Shown here one piece after another: positions 1-9,352 of a stretch of 64,000 nt of DNA (within the stretch, counting starts at the first letter, position 1; each line of letters starts with the position of its first letter). The stretch is from Candidatus Latescibacterota bacterium. GTDB lineage: Bacteria; Latescibacterota; UBA2968; UBA8231. The translations under genes were made by a program, and so were the position numbers. The stretch is taken from assembly GCA_964291625.2 (NCBI GenBank), contig OZ220089.1:256001-320000 (forward strand), read 5' to 3'. Below the pieces are notes generated by a model, which did not search any database, was not told where the DNA came from, and was given only the letters and a program-made list of their open reading frames with translations.

Positions 1-939
1 CCACGTGGAAGCGGTCCAGCCAGAACAAGGCGTTGGACTGCAGGAAGGACCTCACCTCCGGACGCCCGAAGTCGAAGGTCAGGGTGCCCCAGTCGGGATG
101 GAGCCCGAGATCGGCGGACTCGTAGAGGGGGGTTCCGTCGAACCGCGCCAGGCCGTGGGCGTCCTGCGGGAAGTGGCCGGGCACCCAGTCGAGGATCACG
201 CCGAGGCCGCGGCCATGGAGATGATCGACGAAGTACGCGAAGTCCTCCGGCGGTCCGAAGCGGGCCGTGGGCGCGAAGTAGCCGGTCACTTGGTATCCCC
301 AGGAGCCGTCGAAGGGGTGCTCGGCCACGCCCATGACCTCGACGTGGGTGAAGCCCAGCCTGGCGGCGTATTCGGCCAGCTCGTGGGCCAGCCGGCGCCA
401 GCCGAGGGGCTCGCCCCCGGGACCGCGCCGCCAGGAGCCGGGGTGGACCTCGTAGATGGACAGGGGCTCCCGCGTCCACGGGCATTCCCGGCGCCGCCCC
501 ATCCACTCGGCGTCGGTCCACTCGAAGTCGTGGAGGGCCACTACCGAGGCCGTGCACGGCGGCACCTCGGCGGCGAAGGCCACCGGGTCGGCCTTCTGCA
601 GCAGGTCCCCGGCGACGGTCAGGATCTCGTACTTGTAAAGGGCGCCGGCGCCCACGCCGGGAACGAAGAGCTCCCAGATTCCGCAGGACCCCGGACGGCC
701 CATGGGGTGGCGGAGTCCGTCCCAGTCGTTGAAGCCACCCACCACGCTGACCCGCTCGGCAGCCGGTGCCCACAGGGCGAAGTGCACCCCGGGCTGCCTT
801 CCAGGGTCCCGGGATGGGCCCCGAGGAAATCGTGGATCCGGTGGTGACGGCCATCGCTGAAGAGACGGCGGCCGGCGGCCCGGCCGACCCCGGGCGAAGA
901 AGGCGGCGCGGCTCCCGGAGAGGATGGGGCCGCATCCAT
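1..939 (-). CDS. glgB: 1,4-alpha-glucan branching enzyme GlgB, 5' part; runs off the window; apparent 1-nt frameshift at ~787-790
   Basis: ATG at 939 overlaps the upstream stop. The first frame gives [19 protein letters not shown]. After restoring one G it continues [24 protein letters not shown]...IWELFVPG...YKYEI...KADP...[10 protein letters not shown]...[23 protein letters not shown]...[11 protein letters not shown], all typical GH13 GlgB motifs. Confidence 0.9.
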
Positions 940-2852
940 CAGGTGGAGGCTCTCTCGAGGTCCCTTGTCTCAGGTGGAGCCGTCGAGGCGCCGCAGCAGC
1001 CGGCCTCGGGCTCGGGTTCGGACGGCGCTCCACAGCAGTCCGGCTCGGGCTCGGACACTCCCTCGCAGCAGTCGGGCTCGGGCTCCGACTCGCAGCAGGA
1101 GTGGGCGGCAGGGTCCGCGGCTCCGGCCTCGAGTACTTCGCCCACGAAGGCCCGCGGTCCCCGGCGCACCATCGAGGCCAGCATCAGCGCCCCGAGCGCG
1201 GCCAGGCACAGGTCCCGCCACCCGGCCCCGTGGGCGGCGTGGCCCAGGTCCGGCACGACCCCGGCGACCTCGGTCAGGCTGTTGACGGCGCGCCCGAGGA
1301 GCACCGTGATGACGACCACGCAGGCGGCGAAGAGCAGAGCGATCCGGCGCCCGTGGAGCCGCGTGAGGACGCCGAGGGTGGTGACGTTGGTCGCCGGCCC
1401 GGTGATCAGGAAGGCCAGGGCCGCCCCCGGGGAGACGCCGTTGAGGACCAGCACCGCCACCAGCGGCGTGGCCCCGGCGGCGCAGACGTACACCGGCATG
1501 CCCACCAGGGCCATGATCTCCACCTCGAACCCGGGCGGCACCAGCTCCGACCACCGGGTACCGACGAAACCGTGGACCAGGGCGGCCAGGGCCAGCCCCA
1601 CGAGGATCCAGGGCGCCGTGGAGTCAACCACCTCCCCCAGGCCCTGGGCCAGTCCCGTGCGCAGCCGCGACGCCAGGGGCGGTTTGGTCCCGGCGCCGGC
1701 GGCGGCCGCCCCCTGGGGCACCAGCCGCGAGGCGAAGCGGCCCACGAACCACCCCGTGCCGAGGGCGACGGCGGCGGCCGCAGCCACTCGGGCGACGGTG
1801 AACTCTCCTCCCAGCAGGGGCAGAGTGATGAGGACGGCGTCGAGGCTCAGTTCGGGCGTGGCGATGAGGAAGGCCATGGCCGCCGTCGGCGGGACCCCGG
1901 CGACCACGATCGAGCGGTAGAGGGGGACGACGCCGCAGGAGCAGACGGGCAGAGGCAGGCCGAAGGCCATCCCCCTCGCCGCCTGGGAGAGGCGGGAGCC
2001 GCGCCCCATCCAGTCCACCGTGCCCTGGGGCAGCAGGGCGTACACCAGGCCGGCGCCGACGTAGGCGATGAGCAGGGCGGGCGCCGACTCCAGGGCCAGG
2101 GTGTAGAACACGCCTGCCATCTCGGCCATGGCCCCGGAAGCCTCCTGGTCGGCGGTGGCCACGGCCAGCAGCACCAGGGCGGCCAGGGCTCCCAGGCCCG
2201 AGGGCCAGGGCCAGGGCCGGGAGGCCGTCGCTTCGACCCCCGTCGCCAGCGGATAGCGCCGGCGCAGCACGACGTGCAACAGGGCGCCCGCCGTCAACGC
2301 CTGGAACAGCCCCCAGCCGGGCCCGCCCGGGGCCGCCGCGCCCGGGAGGAAGCCGAGGAAGGCGCCCGTGGTGGCCGCCGCCATCGCCCCCAGGGCGGCC
2401 AGGGCCGGCGCCAGGCCGTAGAGCGGCCGCAGGAGGAACCACAGGGCCAGACCGACCGGCAGCCGGTGGAGGACGACGGCCAGGTGCGAGTCCCCGCCTC
2501 CGGCCCCCCCGGACAGGACCACTCCGTCGATGCAGGAGTGGACGCCGACGGCGGCCAGGGCGAGAACGAGGGCGATGACGCGGAGGGGGCGCTCCAGCAG
2601 CGGCAGACAACGCCCGACCAGCGCCGGCAGCCACAGGCCGGCGGCGACGGCCGCCGCCGCCGGCGCCCAGCCGGCCAGGGCGGCGCCGGCCGGAACCAGC
2701 TGCAGGAGGACGAAGCCGCCGACGCCGACGAAGAGGAAGCCGTCGAGGGCGGCCGTCAGACGGCCCGAGGCCCGCGCGGCCCCGTACAGCAGGGGTCCCG
2801 CGGCGAGGGCGAGCAGACCGAGGGCCAGCGGGGTCGAGGCGGAGGGATTCAT
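939..2852 (-). CDS. Predicted metal/metalloid permease (DUF318/ArsP, SO_0444-like) with N-terminal ZIP-like membrane domain and Cys-pair-rich C-terminal tail
   Basis: Motifs [34 protein letters not shown] and [10 protein letters not shown]. The N-terminal half is hydrophobic with HSCIDG and VVLHRLPVG. The tail carries four CC pairs. Confidence 0.8.
   Translation of the reverse strand: MNPSASTPLALGLLALAAGPLLYGAARASGRLTAALDGFLFVGVGGFVLLQLVPAGAALAGWAPAAAAVAAGLWLPALVGRCLPLLERPLRVIALVLALAAVGVHSCIDGVVLSGGAGGGDSHLAVVLHRLPVGLALWFLLRPLYGLAPALAALGAMAAATTGAFLGFLPGAAAPGGPGWGLFQALTAGALLHVVLRRRYPLATGVEATASRPWPWPSGLGALAALVLLAVATADQEASGAMAEMAGVFYTLALESAPALLIAYVGAGLVYALLPQGTVDWMGRGSRLSQAARGMAFGLPLPVCSCGVVPLYRSIVVAGVPPTAAMAFLIATPELSLDAVLITLPLLGGEFTVARVAAAAAVALGTGWFVGRFASRLVPQGAAAAGAGTKPPLASRLRTGLAQGLGEVVDSTAPWILVGLALAALVHGFVGTRWSELVPPGFEVEIMALVGMPVYVCAAGATPLVAVLVLNGVSPGAALAFLITGPATNVTTLGVLTRLHGRRIALLFAACVVVITVLLGRAVNSLTEVAGVVPDLGHAAHGAGWRDLCLAALGALMLASMVRRGPRAFVGEVLEAGAADPAAHSCCESEPEPDCCEGVSEPEPDCCGAPSEPEPEAGCCGASTAPPETRDLERAST
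993..1097 (-). repeat. Imperfect coding tandem repeat encoding CC-x(n)-SEPEP units
   Basis: Translation [35 protein letters not shown]; the + strand shows recurring gcagcag...ggctcgggctc. Confidence 0.85.
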
Positions 2853-2973
2853 GACGGGATTTCGAATGTACTCGGGCCACCAGCCCCCGGCTACCTGGCT
2901 CCTTGCCAGGGAAGGGGGGCGGGGTTACCTAGGAGAGCCTGCGGTATCCATCCGGCTCCGGGACAAGGCCTTC

Positions 2974-4284
2974 GTGAAGACCGAAACCCTGCACGGCTGG
3001 GGGCGTCATCCACGCCTCCCCGGCGCCGTGCACCGCGCCCGCGACCTCGACGACCTGCGGCGGCTCGCCCGGTCGGACCGCGCCGGCATCGGCCGCGGCG
3101 CCGGGCGCAGCTACGGAGACGCGGCCCTCGCCGCCCACGTGGTCTCGGCCCTGCCGCTGCGTCACCTGCTCGACTTCGACGGCCAGAGCGGGGTCCTGAA
3201 GGCCCAGGCCGGCGTCAGCCTCGACGACGTGATCCGCTTCGGCCTCCCCCGAGGCTGGTTCCCCCCGGTCACCCCGGGCACCCGGCAATGCACCCTCGGC
3301 GGCTGCGTCGCCGCCGACGTCCACGGCAAGAACCACCACCGCGTCGGCGCCTTCGGGGCCTTCGTCGACGAGCTCGAGATGGTGCTCGCCGGCGGTGACG
3401 TGGTGCACTGCTCAAGGACCGAGCTCCCCGACCTGTTCTGGGCCACCCTGGGGGGCATGGGGCTGACGGGGCTGATCCACGCCGTCACCCTGCGGCTGGC
3501 GCCGGTGCGGTCCGCTTTTGTCGACAACCTCAGCGTGCGCACCGGGAGTCTGGTCGAGACCTGCCGCCTCCTGCGGGAGACCCAGGACCAGCACGCCTAC
3601 TCCGTGGCCTGGATCGATCTGCTGACGAGATCCGCGCGCCGAGGGCGGGGCCATGTGCTGCTCGGGGAGCACGCCGAGGGTCCGGCCCTGGCTCCTCTGC
3701 ACCGGGATCCGCGGTGGCAGCTGCCCCTCCTGCCGACCAACCTGGTGCGGCACTCCGGCTTGCGCCTGCTCAACGCCATCTACTACCGTCGGCAGTTCCG
3801 GAAGCGCAGCCGTCGGCGGGTCCACTACGGCCCCTACTTCCATCCCCTCGACGGCGTCGCCCACTGGAACCGGGCCTACGGCCCCCGGGGCTTCCTGCAG
3901 TTCCAGTTCGCCGTCCCCTTCGCCAGCGACGCGGAGGTGATGGCCGATGTGGTCGAGCGCACCCAGAGGGCGGCGCCCTGCTCCCTGGCGGTGCTCAAGA
4001 CCTTCGGTGACCACCCGGGCGGACCTCTCGGCTTCCCCCTGCCGGGATACACCCTGGCCCTGGACTTCCCCCGCGCCTCGGGGATCGAGAAGGCCCTGGT
4101 CGACGCCGCCGGCATGGTGGCCGCCGCCGGGGGCCGCGTCTACCTGGCCAAGGACGCCCTCCTCACCCCGGAGCAGACCGAGACCATGTATCCACGGCTC
4201 GACGAGTTCCGCGCCGCCCGCCGGCGCTACGACCCAGGTGGCCGCTTCCGGTCGGCCCTCTCCGACCGCACGGGGCTGACGTGA
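2974..4284 (+). CDS. FAD-binding oxidoreductase, DprE1-like (polyprenyl-phosphoribose 2'-oxidase)
   Basis: GTG start at 2974. Motifs GRGAGRSYGDAA, PVTPGTRQCTLGGCVAADVHGKNHH, GGMGLTG, YGPRGFLQFQF, TLALDFP and GGRVYLAKD. Confidence 0.85.
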   Translation: MKTETLHGWGRHPRLPGAVHRARDLDDLRRLARSDRAGIGRGAGRSYGDAALAAHVVSALPLRHLLDFDGQSGVLKAQAGVSLDDVIRFGLPRGWFPPVTPGTRQCTLGGCVAADVHGKNHHRVGAFGAFVDELEMVLAGGDVVHCSRTELPDLFWATLGGMGLTGLIHAVTLRLAPVRSAFVDNLSVRTGSLVETCRLLRETQDQHAYSVAWIDLLTRSARRGRGHVLLGEHAEGPALAPLHRDPRWQLPLLPTNLVRHSGLRLLNAIYYRRQFRKRSRRRVHYGPYFHPLDGVAHWNRAYGPRGFLQFQFAVPFASDAEVMADVVERTQRAAPCSLAVLKTFGDHPGGPLGFPLPGYTLALDFPRASGIEKALVDAAGMVAAAGGRVYLAKDALLTPEQTETMYPRLDEFRAARRRYDPGGRFRSALSDRTGLT

Positions 4285-5024
4285 GCGGCCGCCGCGCCCT
4301 GATCCTGGGGGCCCGCTCGGCGATCGCCGCAGCCCTGGCGGAACGGCTCGCCGGGGACGGCTGGGACCTGGTATTGGCGGCGCGGGACTGCCGGAGGCTG
4401 GAGCCGGCGGCCGCCGACCTGCGCTTGCGCCGCCAGCGGCAAGTGGACCTGCTGGAGTTCGACGCCCTCGACCTGGAGGCCCACGCAGGGCTCGCCGACC
4501 GGGTGCGTGCCACCGCGGGGCCCTTCGACCTGGTGGTCTGCGTCTTCGGGTACTCCGGCGATCCGGAGGAGGCGCGGCACGACACCGGGGAGATGACGGC
4601 GACGCTGACGACCAACTTCACCGCCGCCGCCGTCTGCCTCGGCCACCTGGCCAACGACCTGGAGGGCCGCGGGCAGGGCGGCATCATCGCCGTGAGCTCC
4701 GTCGCCGGCGACCGGGGGCGGCAGTCGAACTACGTGTACGGCGCCTCGAAGGGGGGGCTGAACGTCTTTCTGCAGGGCCTGCGGAACCGTCTGGCCCCTG
4801 CCGGGGTGCACGTGATGACGGTGAAGCCGGGGTTCGTGGACACGCCCATGACCCAGGGCCGCGAGGGGCTGTTCCTGGTGGCCTCGCCGGAGCGGGTGGC
4901 CGCCGACATCCTGCGCGCCTGGCGTCGGCGGCGGAACGTGGTCTACACGCCCTGGTTCTGGCGCTGGATCATGCTCCTGATCCGCCTCGTGCCGGAGGGG
5001 TTGTTCAAGCGCCTGAGGCTGTAG
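4281..5024 (+). CDS. SDR family oxidoreductase, DprE2-like
   Basis: ILGARSAIA nucleotide-binding motif; SSVAGDRGRQSNYVYGASK (YxxxK); 4-nt overlap with the DprE1-like gene. Confidence 0.85.
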   Translation: MSGRRALILGARSAIAAALAERLAGDGWDLVLAARDCRRLEPAAADLRLRRQRQVDLLEFDALDLEAHAGLADRVRATAGPFDLVVCVFGYSGDPEEARHDTGEMTATLTTNFTAAAVCLGHLANDLEGRGQGGIIAVSSVAGDRGRQSNYVYGASKGGLNVFLQGLRNRLAPAGVHVMTVKPGFVDTPMTQGREGLFLVASPERVAADILRAWRRRRNVVYTPWFWRWIMLLIRLVPEGLFKRLRL

Positions 5025-7239
5025 GGGCCGGAGGGTCCGGATCCTCCAGGGCCTCTCGCAGGCGGGCGGCGAGGTTGGTGTTCCGGCGGGCCGGGCGGTC
5101 GTTCTCGATGGCCCGCCGCAGGGCGCGCTGGCTGCCGATGAGGACGAAGAGCTCCCGGGCCCGGGTGACGGCGGTGTAGAGCAGGTTGCGCTGCAGCATC
5201 GGGTAGTGCTGGGTGGTCAGGGGCAGGACGACGGCCGGGAACTCCGAGCCCTGGGCGCGGTGGATGCTGATGGCGTAGGCCATGCTCAGCTGGTCGAGCT
5301 CGGCCAGCTCGTAGCGCTGCACGCCGCCGTCGTCGAAGACGACCTCGGCGAAGGACTCTTCCCCCGTTTCCAGGCGGCCGATGCGCCCCAGGTCGCCGTT
5401 GAAGACCCCCTTGTCGTAGTTGTTGCGCACCTGCATCACCCGGTCTCCCTCGCGCAGCTCGCGGTCGCCGATGGCGTGAGGCTTGCGCCCCGGGTTCAGG
5501 CGCTCCTGGAGCTGGCGGTTGAGCTGCACCGCGCCGGTCTCTCCGCGGTACATGGGAGTCAGGACCTGGATCTGCCGCATGGGGTCGAGATCCCGGCCCT
5601 GCGGCATCCGCCGGGACACCAGGTCCACCAGGCGCTGGGAGACCCGGGCGGGGTCGTCCTCCTCGACGAAGTAGAAGCCGGAGTCGGCGCGGTTGTCGAT
5701 CCGGGGCCACTCGCCGCCGTTGATGCGGTGGGCGTTGGTGACGATGAGGTTGTCGCCCGCCTGGCGGTAGATGTGGCGCAGGCGCGCCACGGGCACGACG
5801 CCGGAGTCGATGACATCCCCGAGGAGATTGCCGGGACCGACCGAGGGCAACTGGTCGGCGTCGCCCACGAGGACCAGCCGGGCGCCGTCGGGGACGGCCC
5901 GGAGCAGCGCGTTCATCAGGTTGATGTCGACCATGGAGCTCTCGTCGACGATGACCGCCTCCGCTTCGATGGGCTGGTTGCCATCGCGGCGGAAGCCGCC
6001 CTCCCGGGGGGCGTACTCCAGAAGCCTGTGGATGGTTCGGGCCTCGCGGCCGGTGGCCTCGCCCAGGCGCTTGGCGGCCCGCCCCGTGGGCGAGCACAGG
6101 GCCACCCGCAGGCCGGACGCCTCCAGGCGCCCCACGATCTGGCGGGTGATGGTGGTCTTGCCCGTGCCGGGGCCGCCGGTGACGACCAGGACCTTCCCCG
6201 CCCCCATCTGCTCCAGGGCCCATCGCTGGTCCTCTCCCAAGGACGCCTCCTCCTCGGCATCCGCCTCCCCCACCTCCTTCGCCAGGGCCGGACCCGGGGA
6301 GGTGAGTATCCGCTCCAGGGCCCGGGCCACCCCCCGCTCGGCCCGGTGCAGCCGCCCCGGATAGCAGTCCCGCCCCTCCACGACTACGTCACCCGCTTCC
6401 TGGAGGGCCGAGAGGGCCTCCGGTACTCGGCTGGAGTCGACGCCGAGGAGGAGCTCGGTCGCCGAGGCCAGCTCCTCCTCGGGCAGGAAGAGATGGCCCT
6501 CGTCGGCGGCTTCCTGCAGCAGGTAGCGGAGGCCGGCGCGCACGCGCTCCGGGGCGTCGCGGGCGATGCCGAGATCCCCGGCGATGCGGTCCGCCGTCTG
6601 GAAGCCGATGCCGCGCACGTCGCGCTGCAGCCGGTAGGGATCCTGCCGGACGCTGTGGATCGCCTCCGCGCCGTACTGCTGGTAGATGCGTACCGCGTGC
6701 CCCGTGCCGACGCCGTGGGACTGGAGGAAGACCATGACGTCGCGGATGCGCCGCTGCTCCTTCCAGGCCTCGGCGATGGCCTGAGCCCGCTTGCGCCCCA
6801 AACCCTCGATCTCCAGCAGCCGCCGCGGCTGAGCGTCGATCACTTCGAGGGAGGAGTCGCCGAAGCGGGCGACGATGCGCCTGGCCATGACCGGACCGAT
6901 CCCCTTGATCAGCCCCGAGCCGAGGTAACGCTCGATGCCTTCGGCGGTGGCGGGGTACTCGGGGATGCACGACTCCACCCGCAGCTGGCGGCCGAAGCGG
7001 GGATGGAGGTCCCAGCTCCCCTCCAGCCGCACGCTCTCGCCGGCGGAGACCGCCATGGTGCCGACGACGGTGACCGGCTCCCCCTCGCCTTCCGGGCGCA
7101 GCCGGGCGATGGTGTAGCCGTTCTCCGGGTTCTGGAAGGTGATGTGGTCGATGAGCCCCTTGAGGCGCACACCCGGCCCGGAGGCCGGGTCCTCCGGCGG
7201 CGCCCTCCCGGGGCCTTCGAAGAGGTCGCGCTCGCTCAC
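5005..7239 (-). CDS. recD2: ATP-dependent RecD-like DNA helicase RecD2
   Basis: GTG at 7239. N-terminal ITFQNPENGYT, HhH region YLGSGLIKGIGP, Walker A GGPGTGKT, TIHRLLE, DESSM, GDADQLPSVGPG and SIHRAQGSEF. Confidence 0.95.
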   Translation of the reverse strand: MSERDLFEGPGRAPPEDPASGPGVRLKGLIDHITFQNPENGYTIARLRPEGEGEPVTVVGTMAVSAGESVRLEGSWDLHPRFGRQLRVESCIPEYPATAEGIERYLGSGLIKGIGPVMARRIVARFGDSSLEVIDAQPRRLLEIEGLGRKRAQAIAEAWKEQRRIRDVMVFLQSHGVGTGHAVRIYQQYGAEAIHSVRQDPYRLQRDVRGIGFQTADRIAGDLGIARDAPERVRAGLRYLLQEAADEGHLFLPEEELASATELLLGVDSSRVPEALSALQEAGDVVVEGRDCYPGRLHRAERGVARALERILTSPGPALAKEVGEADAEEEASLGEDQRWALEQMGAGKVLVVTGGPGTGKTTITRQIVGRLEASGLRVALCSPTGRAAKRLGEATGREARTIHRLLEYAPREGGFRRDGNQPIEAEAVIVDESSMVDINLMNALLRAVPDGARLVLVGDADQLPSVGPGNLLGDVIDSGVVPVARLRHIYRQAGDNLIVTNAHRINGGEWPRIDNRADSGFYFVEEDDPARVSQRLVDLVSRRMPQGRDLDPMRQIQVLTPMYRGETGAVQLNRQLQERLNPGRKPHAIGDRELREGDRVMQVRNNYDKGVFNGDLGRIGRLETGEESFAEVVFDDGGVQRYELAELDQLSMAYAISIHRAQGSEFPAVVLPLTTQHYPMLQRNLLYTAVTRARELFVLIGSQRALRRAIENDRPARRNTNLAARLREALEDPDPPAPTASGA

Positions 7240-7877
7240 ATCAAGGCAGCTCGCAGCAGCAGGGTGACGGCCGCCCCGAGGGCGGCGCCGGCCACCAGTT
7301 GCGCCGGCGAATGGGCCTGCCGCCGCCAGCGGGCCCACCCCGCCGCCAGGGGCAGCAGCGCGCACAGGGGCCACCACGCGGCTTCCACGAGGGTGGCCGC
7401 CAGCGCCGCCCCTCCCCCGGCGCCGGTGGTGTGGATGCTGATCTTCCACCGGCGGTTCACCAGGCCGACGCCGGCGGCGCCCACTGCGAAGGACGCCGCC
7501 GCCCAGCGCTGCACCGGCGGCATCTGCAGCCCCTGGAGGAGCGCGAACCCGACGGCGTAGCAGAGGGTCCCGACGAGCAGGAACCGGCTGCGCAGAGGGC
7601 GGGGGGGATCGTAGATGTCGTCGACTCCCCCGCCCCTGGCCAGCCAGCCCAGGAGGGCCGCGGGGCCGATGGAGAACAGCAGGATGGCCAGGGCCTTGCC
7701 CCCCGCCGACCTCAGGGGATCGCCGCCGGCGGGCAGCCACAGGAAGACGACCAGGGCCAGTCCCGGCGGGCTCAGGAGATGGGTGATGCAGCGCGCCGCC
7801 CCGTCGGTCCAGCCCGACCGGTCCGCCGCGGCTTGCGCGTCTCCGTCCCCGCCGTCACCCCCGGGCCGGGCCCTCAC
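7236..7877 (-). CDS. PAP2-like (phosphoesterase-related) membrane protein
   Basis: Multi-TM protein with WKISIH and WARWRRQAHSPAQLVAG motifs; 4-nt overlaps with both neighbours. Confidence 0.65.
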   Translation of the reverse strand: MRARPGGDGGDGDAQAAADRSGWTDGAARCITHLLSPPGLALVVFLWLPAGGDPLRSAGGKALAILLFSIGPAALLGWLARGGGVDDIYDPPRPLRSRFLLVGTLCYAVGFALLQGLQMPPVQRWAAASFAVGAAGVGLVNRRWKISIHTTGAGGGAALAATLVEAAWWPLCALLPLAAGWARWRRQAHSPAQLVAGAALGAAVTLLLRAALM

Positions 7878-8311
7878 CGCTTCCACTTCTTGCCGCTGGC
7901 ATCCCTCCCTCTCCTGGCCCCCCCGGAACCCGCTTTGCCGGCGCCCTCCACGAGGAAGCCGATGAACCGCTTCTGACCGAGGGTCTTCAGGTAGGAGAGC
8001 AGGGAGACCTCCGCTTCCTTGCGGTCGAGCTTGTACCGGTCCCGGAGGCCTTCGATCATGTCCGCCACCGAGTTGCGGCCGTCGCACATCTGCCAGACCT
8101 GCGCGCCCACCTCGTCGAGGGTGATGGTCCGCTTCTCGGGGATGTAGAAGAGCTTCGACAGGAGGCGGGTCTTCCAGGTCTCCTGCCGCGTCACCGTTAT
8201 CCGGATCTCACCCTCCTCCGTCTTCTCCCACGCCAGCAGCTCGTTGCGGGCCGGCCGCGACTCCAGCATGGCGTCCCGCGTCAGCCGCGGCTTCTTCTTC
8301 GTGGCAAACAT
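7874..8311 (-). CDS. PqqD family (RiPP recognition element-like) protein
   Basis: ITLDEVGAQVWQMCDGRNSVADMIEGLRDRY...SLLSYLKTLGQKRFI matches the PqqD winged-helix consensus. Confidence 0.85.
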   Translation of the reverse strand: MFATKKKPRLTRDAMLESRPARNELLAWEKTEEGEIRITVTRQETWKTRLLSKLFYIPEKRTITLDEVGAQVWQMCDGRNSVADMIEGLRDRYKLDRKEAEVSLLSYLKTLGQKRFIGFLVEGAGKAGSGGARRGRDASGKKWKR

Positions 8312-9329
8312 ATCCGTCCATGACTTCGTCGAGGGTGTCGCCGCCTTGTTCGCGCTTCTTGAACAGATGCTCGACGATGCAGATGCGATTCAAGTCGGGG
8401 CAGTGCCAGACCGCGCCCCGCAGGTAGCGCCTCGGCCTCGGGTTGACGAAGGGCAGGGGCCGCAGCACCTGGCGCCAGCGGCTCTGGGGCCGGCCGGTGA
8501 CGCGCAGGCCATCGTGGCCGCGGAAGTCGGCCCGGGCGATCTCGTGGTTCACGTCGCGCAGGTCCTTGCGGAAGAAGGAAGGGTACCAGTTTGAAAGGTC
8601 CGTCCCCTTCAGCAGCATGTGGGCCATGCTCAGGCGGTGCACGCGCAGGACCTGGGCGCCCCCGTCCTTCTCGAAGGTCATCTTCACGTGGCCCGACTTC
8701 AACTCCTTCTCGGTGAGCTCGAAGTCCGCGGGGGCGTGGAAGGTGAGGCCGTACAGGCTCCAGTACTGCAACTCGCCGCGGGGGTGGTCCTCGAGGGTGG
8801 GCAGGATCTCGTTCACCAGGCCGATCACGCCGCCGCCGTCGTCCTTTGCCGCGAGCACCCGCAGGAGCACGATGCGGCCGCAGTCCGGACAGGCGCGGGC
8901 CAGGTTGTAGGCCCGGTAGTCTGCCTCCCAGACGAAAGTCTCGTACTCGCTGCCCTCGAGCCAGCGCTTGTCCTGGAGGAACTTCGCGCGCCGCTCGACG
9001 CGCAGCTCCATGCCCGCCTTGTCGGCTTTCTTCTGCAGCTGGGAGAGATAGCGCCCCACGAGGTCCTCGACGGGCCGGCGGATGCCCCGCTTGGGAGGGG
9101 CCCGCCACTCGACCTCGGCCCGCACCATGCGGGTGTCGTCGAGGCGCGCGTAGCCGCTGGCGGCGTCGCCGTCGACCCGGCCCATCTCCCACTCCTCCGG
9201 GACGCGCAGCCGGATCCCCTGCCAGCCGAAGTCGTAGCGTCTGCCCCCCGCGGCCTGACGGGATCTTCCGGCGGGCTGCCGGGTCGGAGCCCCGCCTTCC
9301 ACGGCCGGAAGTCCGTCGCTTGCGGACAT
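8208..9329 (-). CDS. Hypothetical protein (~373 aa) with two internally similar domains, possibly PsbP/Mog1-like
   Basis: ATG at 9329. The halves begin FGWQGIRLRVPEEWE and WSLYGLTFHAPADFE, contain ACPDCGRIVLL and HCPDLNRICIV, and end LEDH and YVCH. Overlaps the PqqD gene by about 100 nt. Confidence 0.65.
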   Translation of the reverse strand: MSASDGLPAVEGGAPTRQPAGRSRQAAGGRRYDFGWQGIRLRVPEEWEMGRVDGDAASGYARLDDTRMVRAEVEWRAPPKRGIRRPVEDLVGRYLSQLQKKADKAGMELRVERRAKFLQDKRWLEGSEYETFVWEADYRAYNLARACPDCGRIVLLRVLAAKDDGGGVIGLVNEILPTLEDHPRGELQYWSLYGLTFHAPADFELTEKELKSGHVKMTFEKDGGAQVLRVHRLSMAHMLLKGTDLSNWYPSFFRKDLRDVNHEIARADFRGHDGLRVTGRPQSRWRQVLRPLPFVNPRPRRYLRGAVWHCPDLNRICIVEHLFKKREQGGDTLDEVMDGYVCHEEEAAADAGRHAGVAAGPQRAAGVGEDGGG

Positions 9330-9352
9330 GGACCTTCCCGACCCGGACGCGC

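Noticed and set aside
2903-2931. Sigma70 promoter TTGCCA-N17-TACCTA for the DprE1-like gene
   Set aside because: The -10 box lacks the conserved final T; too weak to call.
5005-7239. RecD2 as a sign of a mobile element or defence island
   Set aside because: Ordinary chromosomal RecD2 architecture; no integrase, att sites or compositional shift.
7874-8311. PQQ or classical RiPP biosynthetic cluster
   Set aside because: No pqqABCE, radical SAM, lasso cyclase or precursor peptide is visible in the window.
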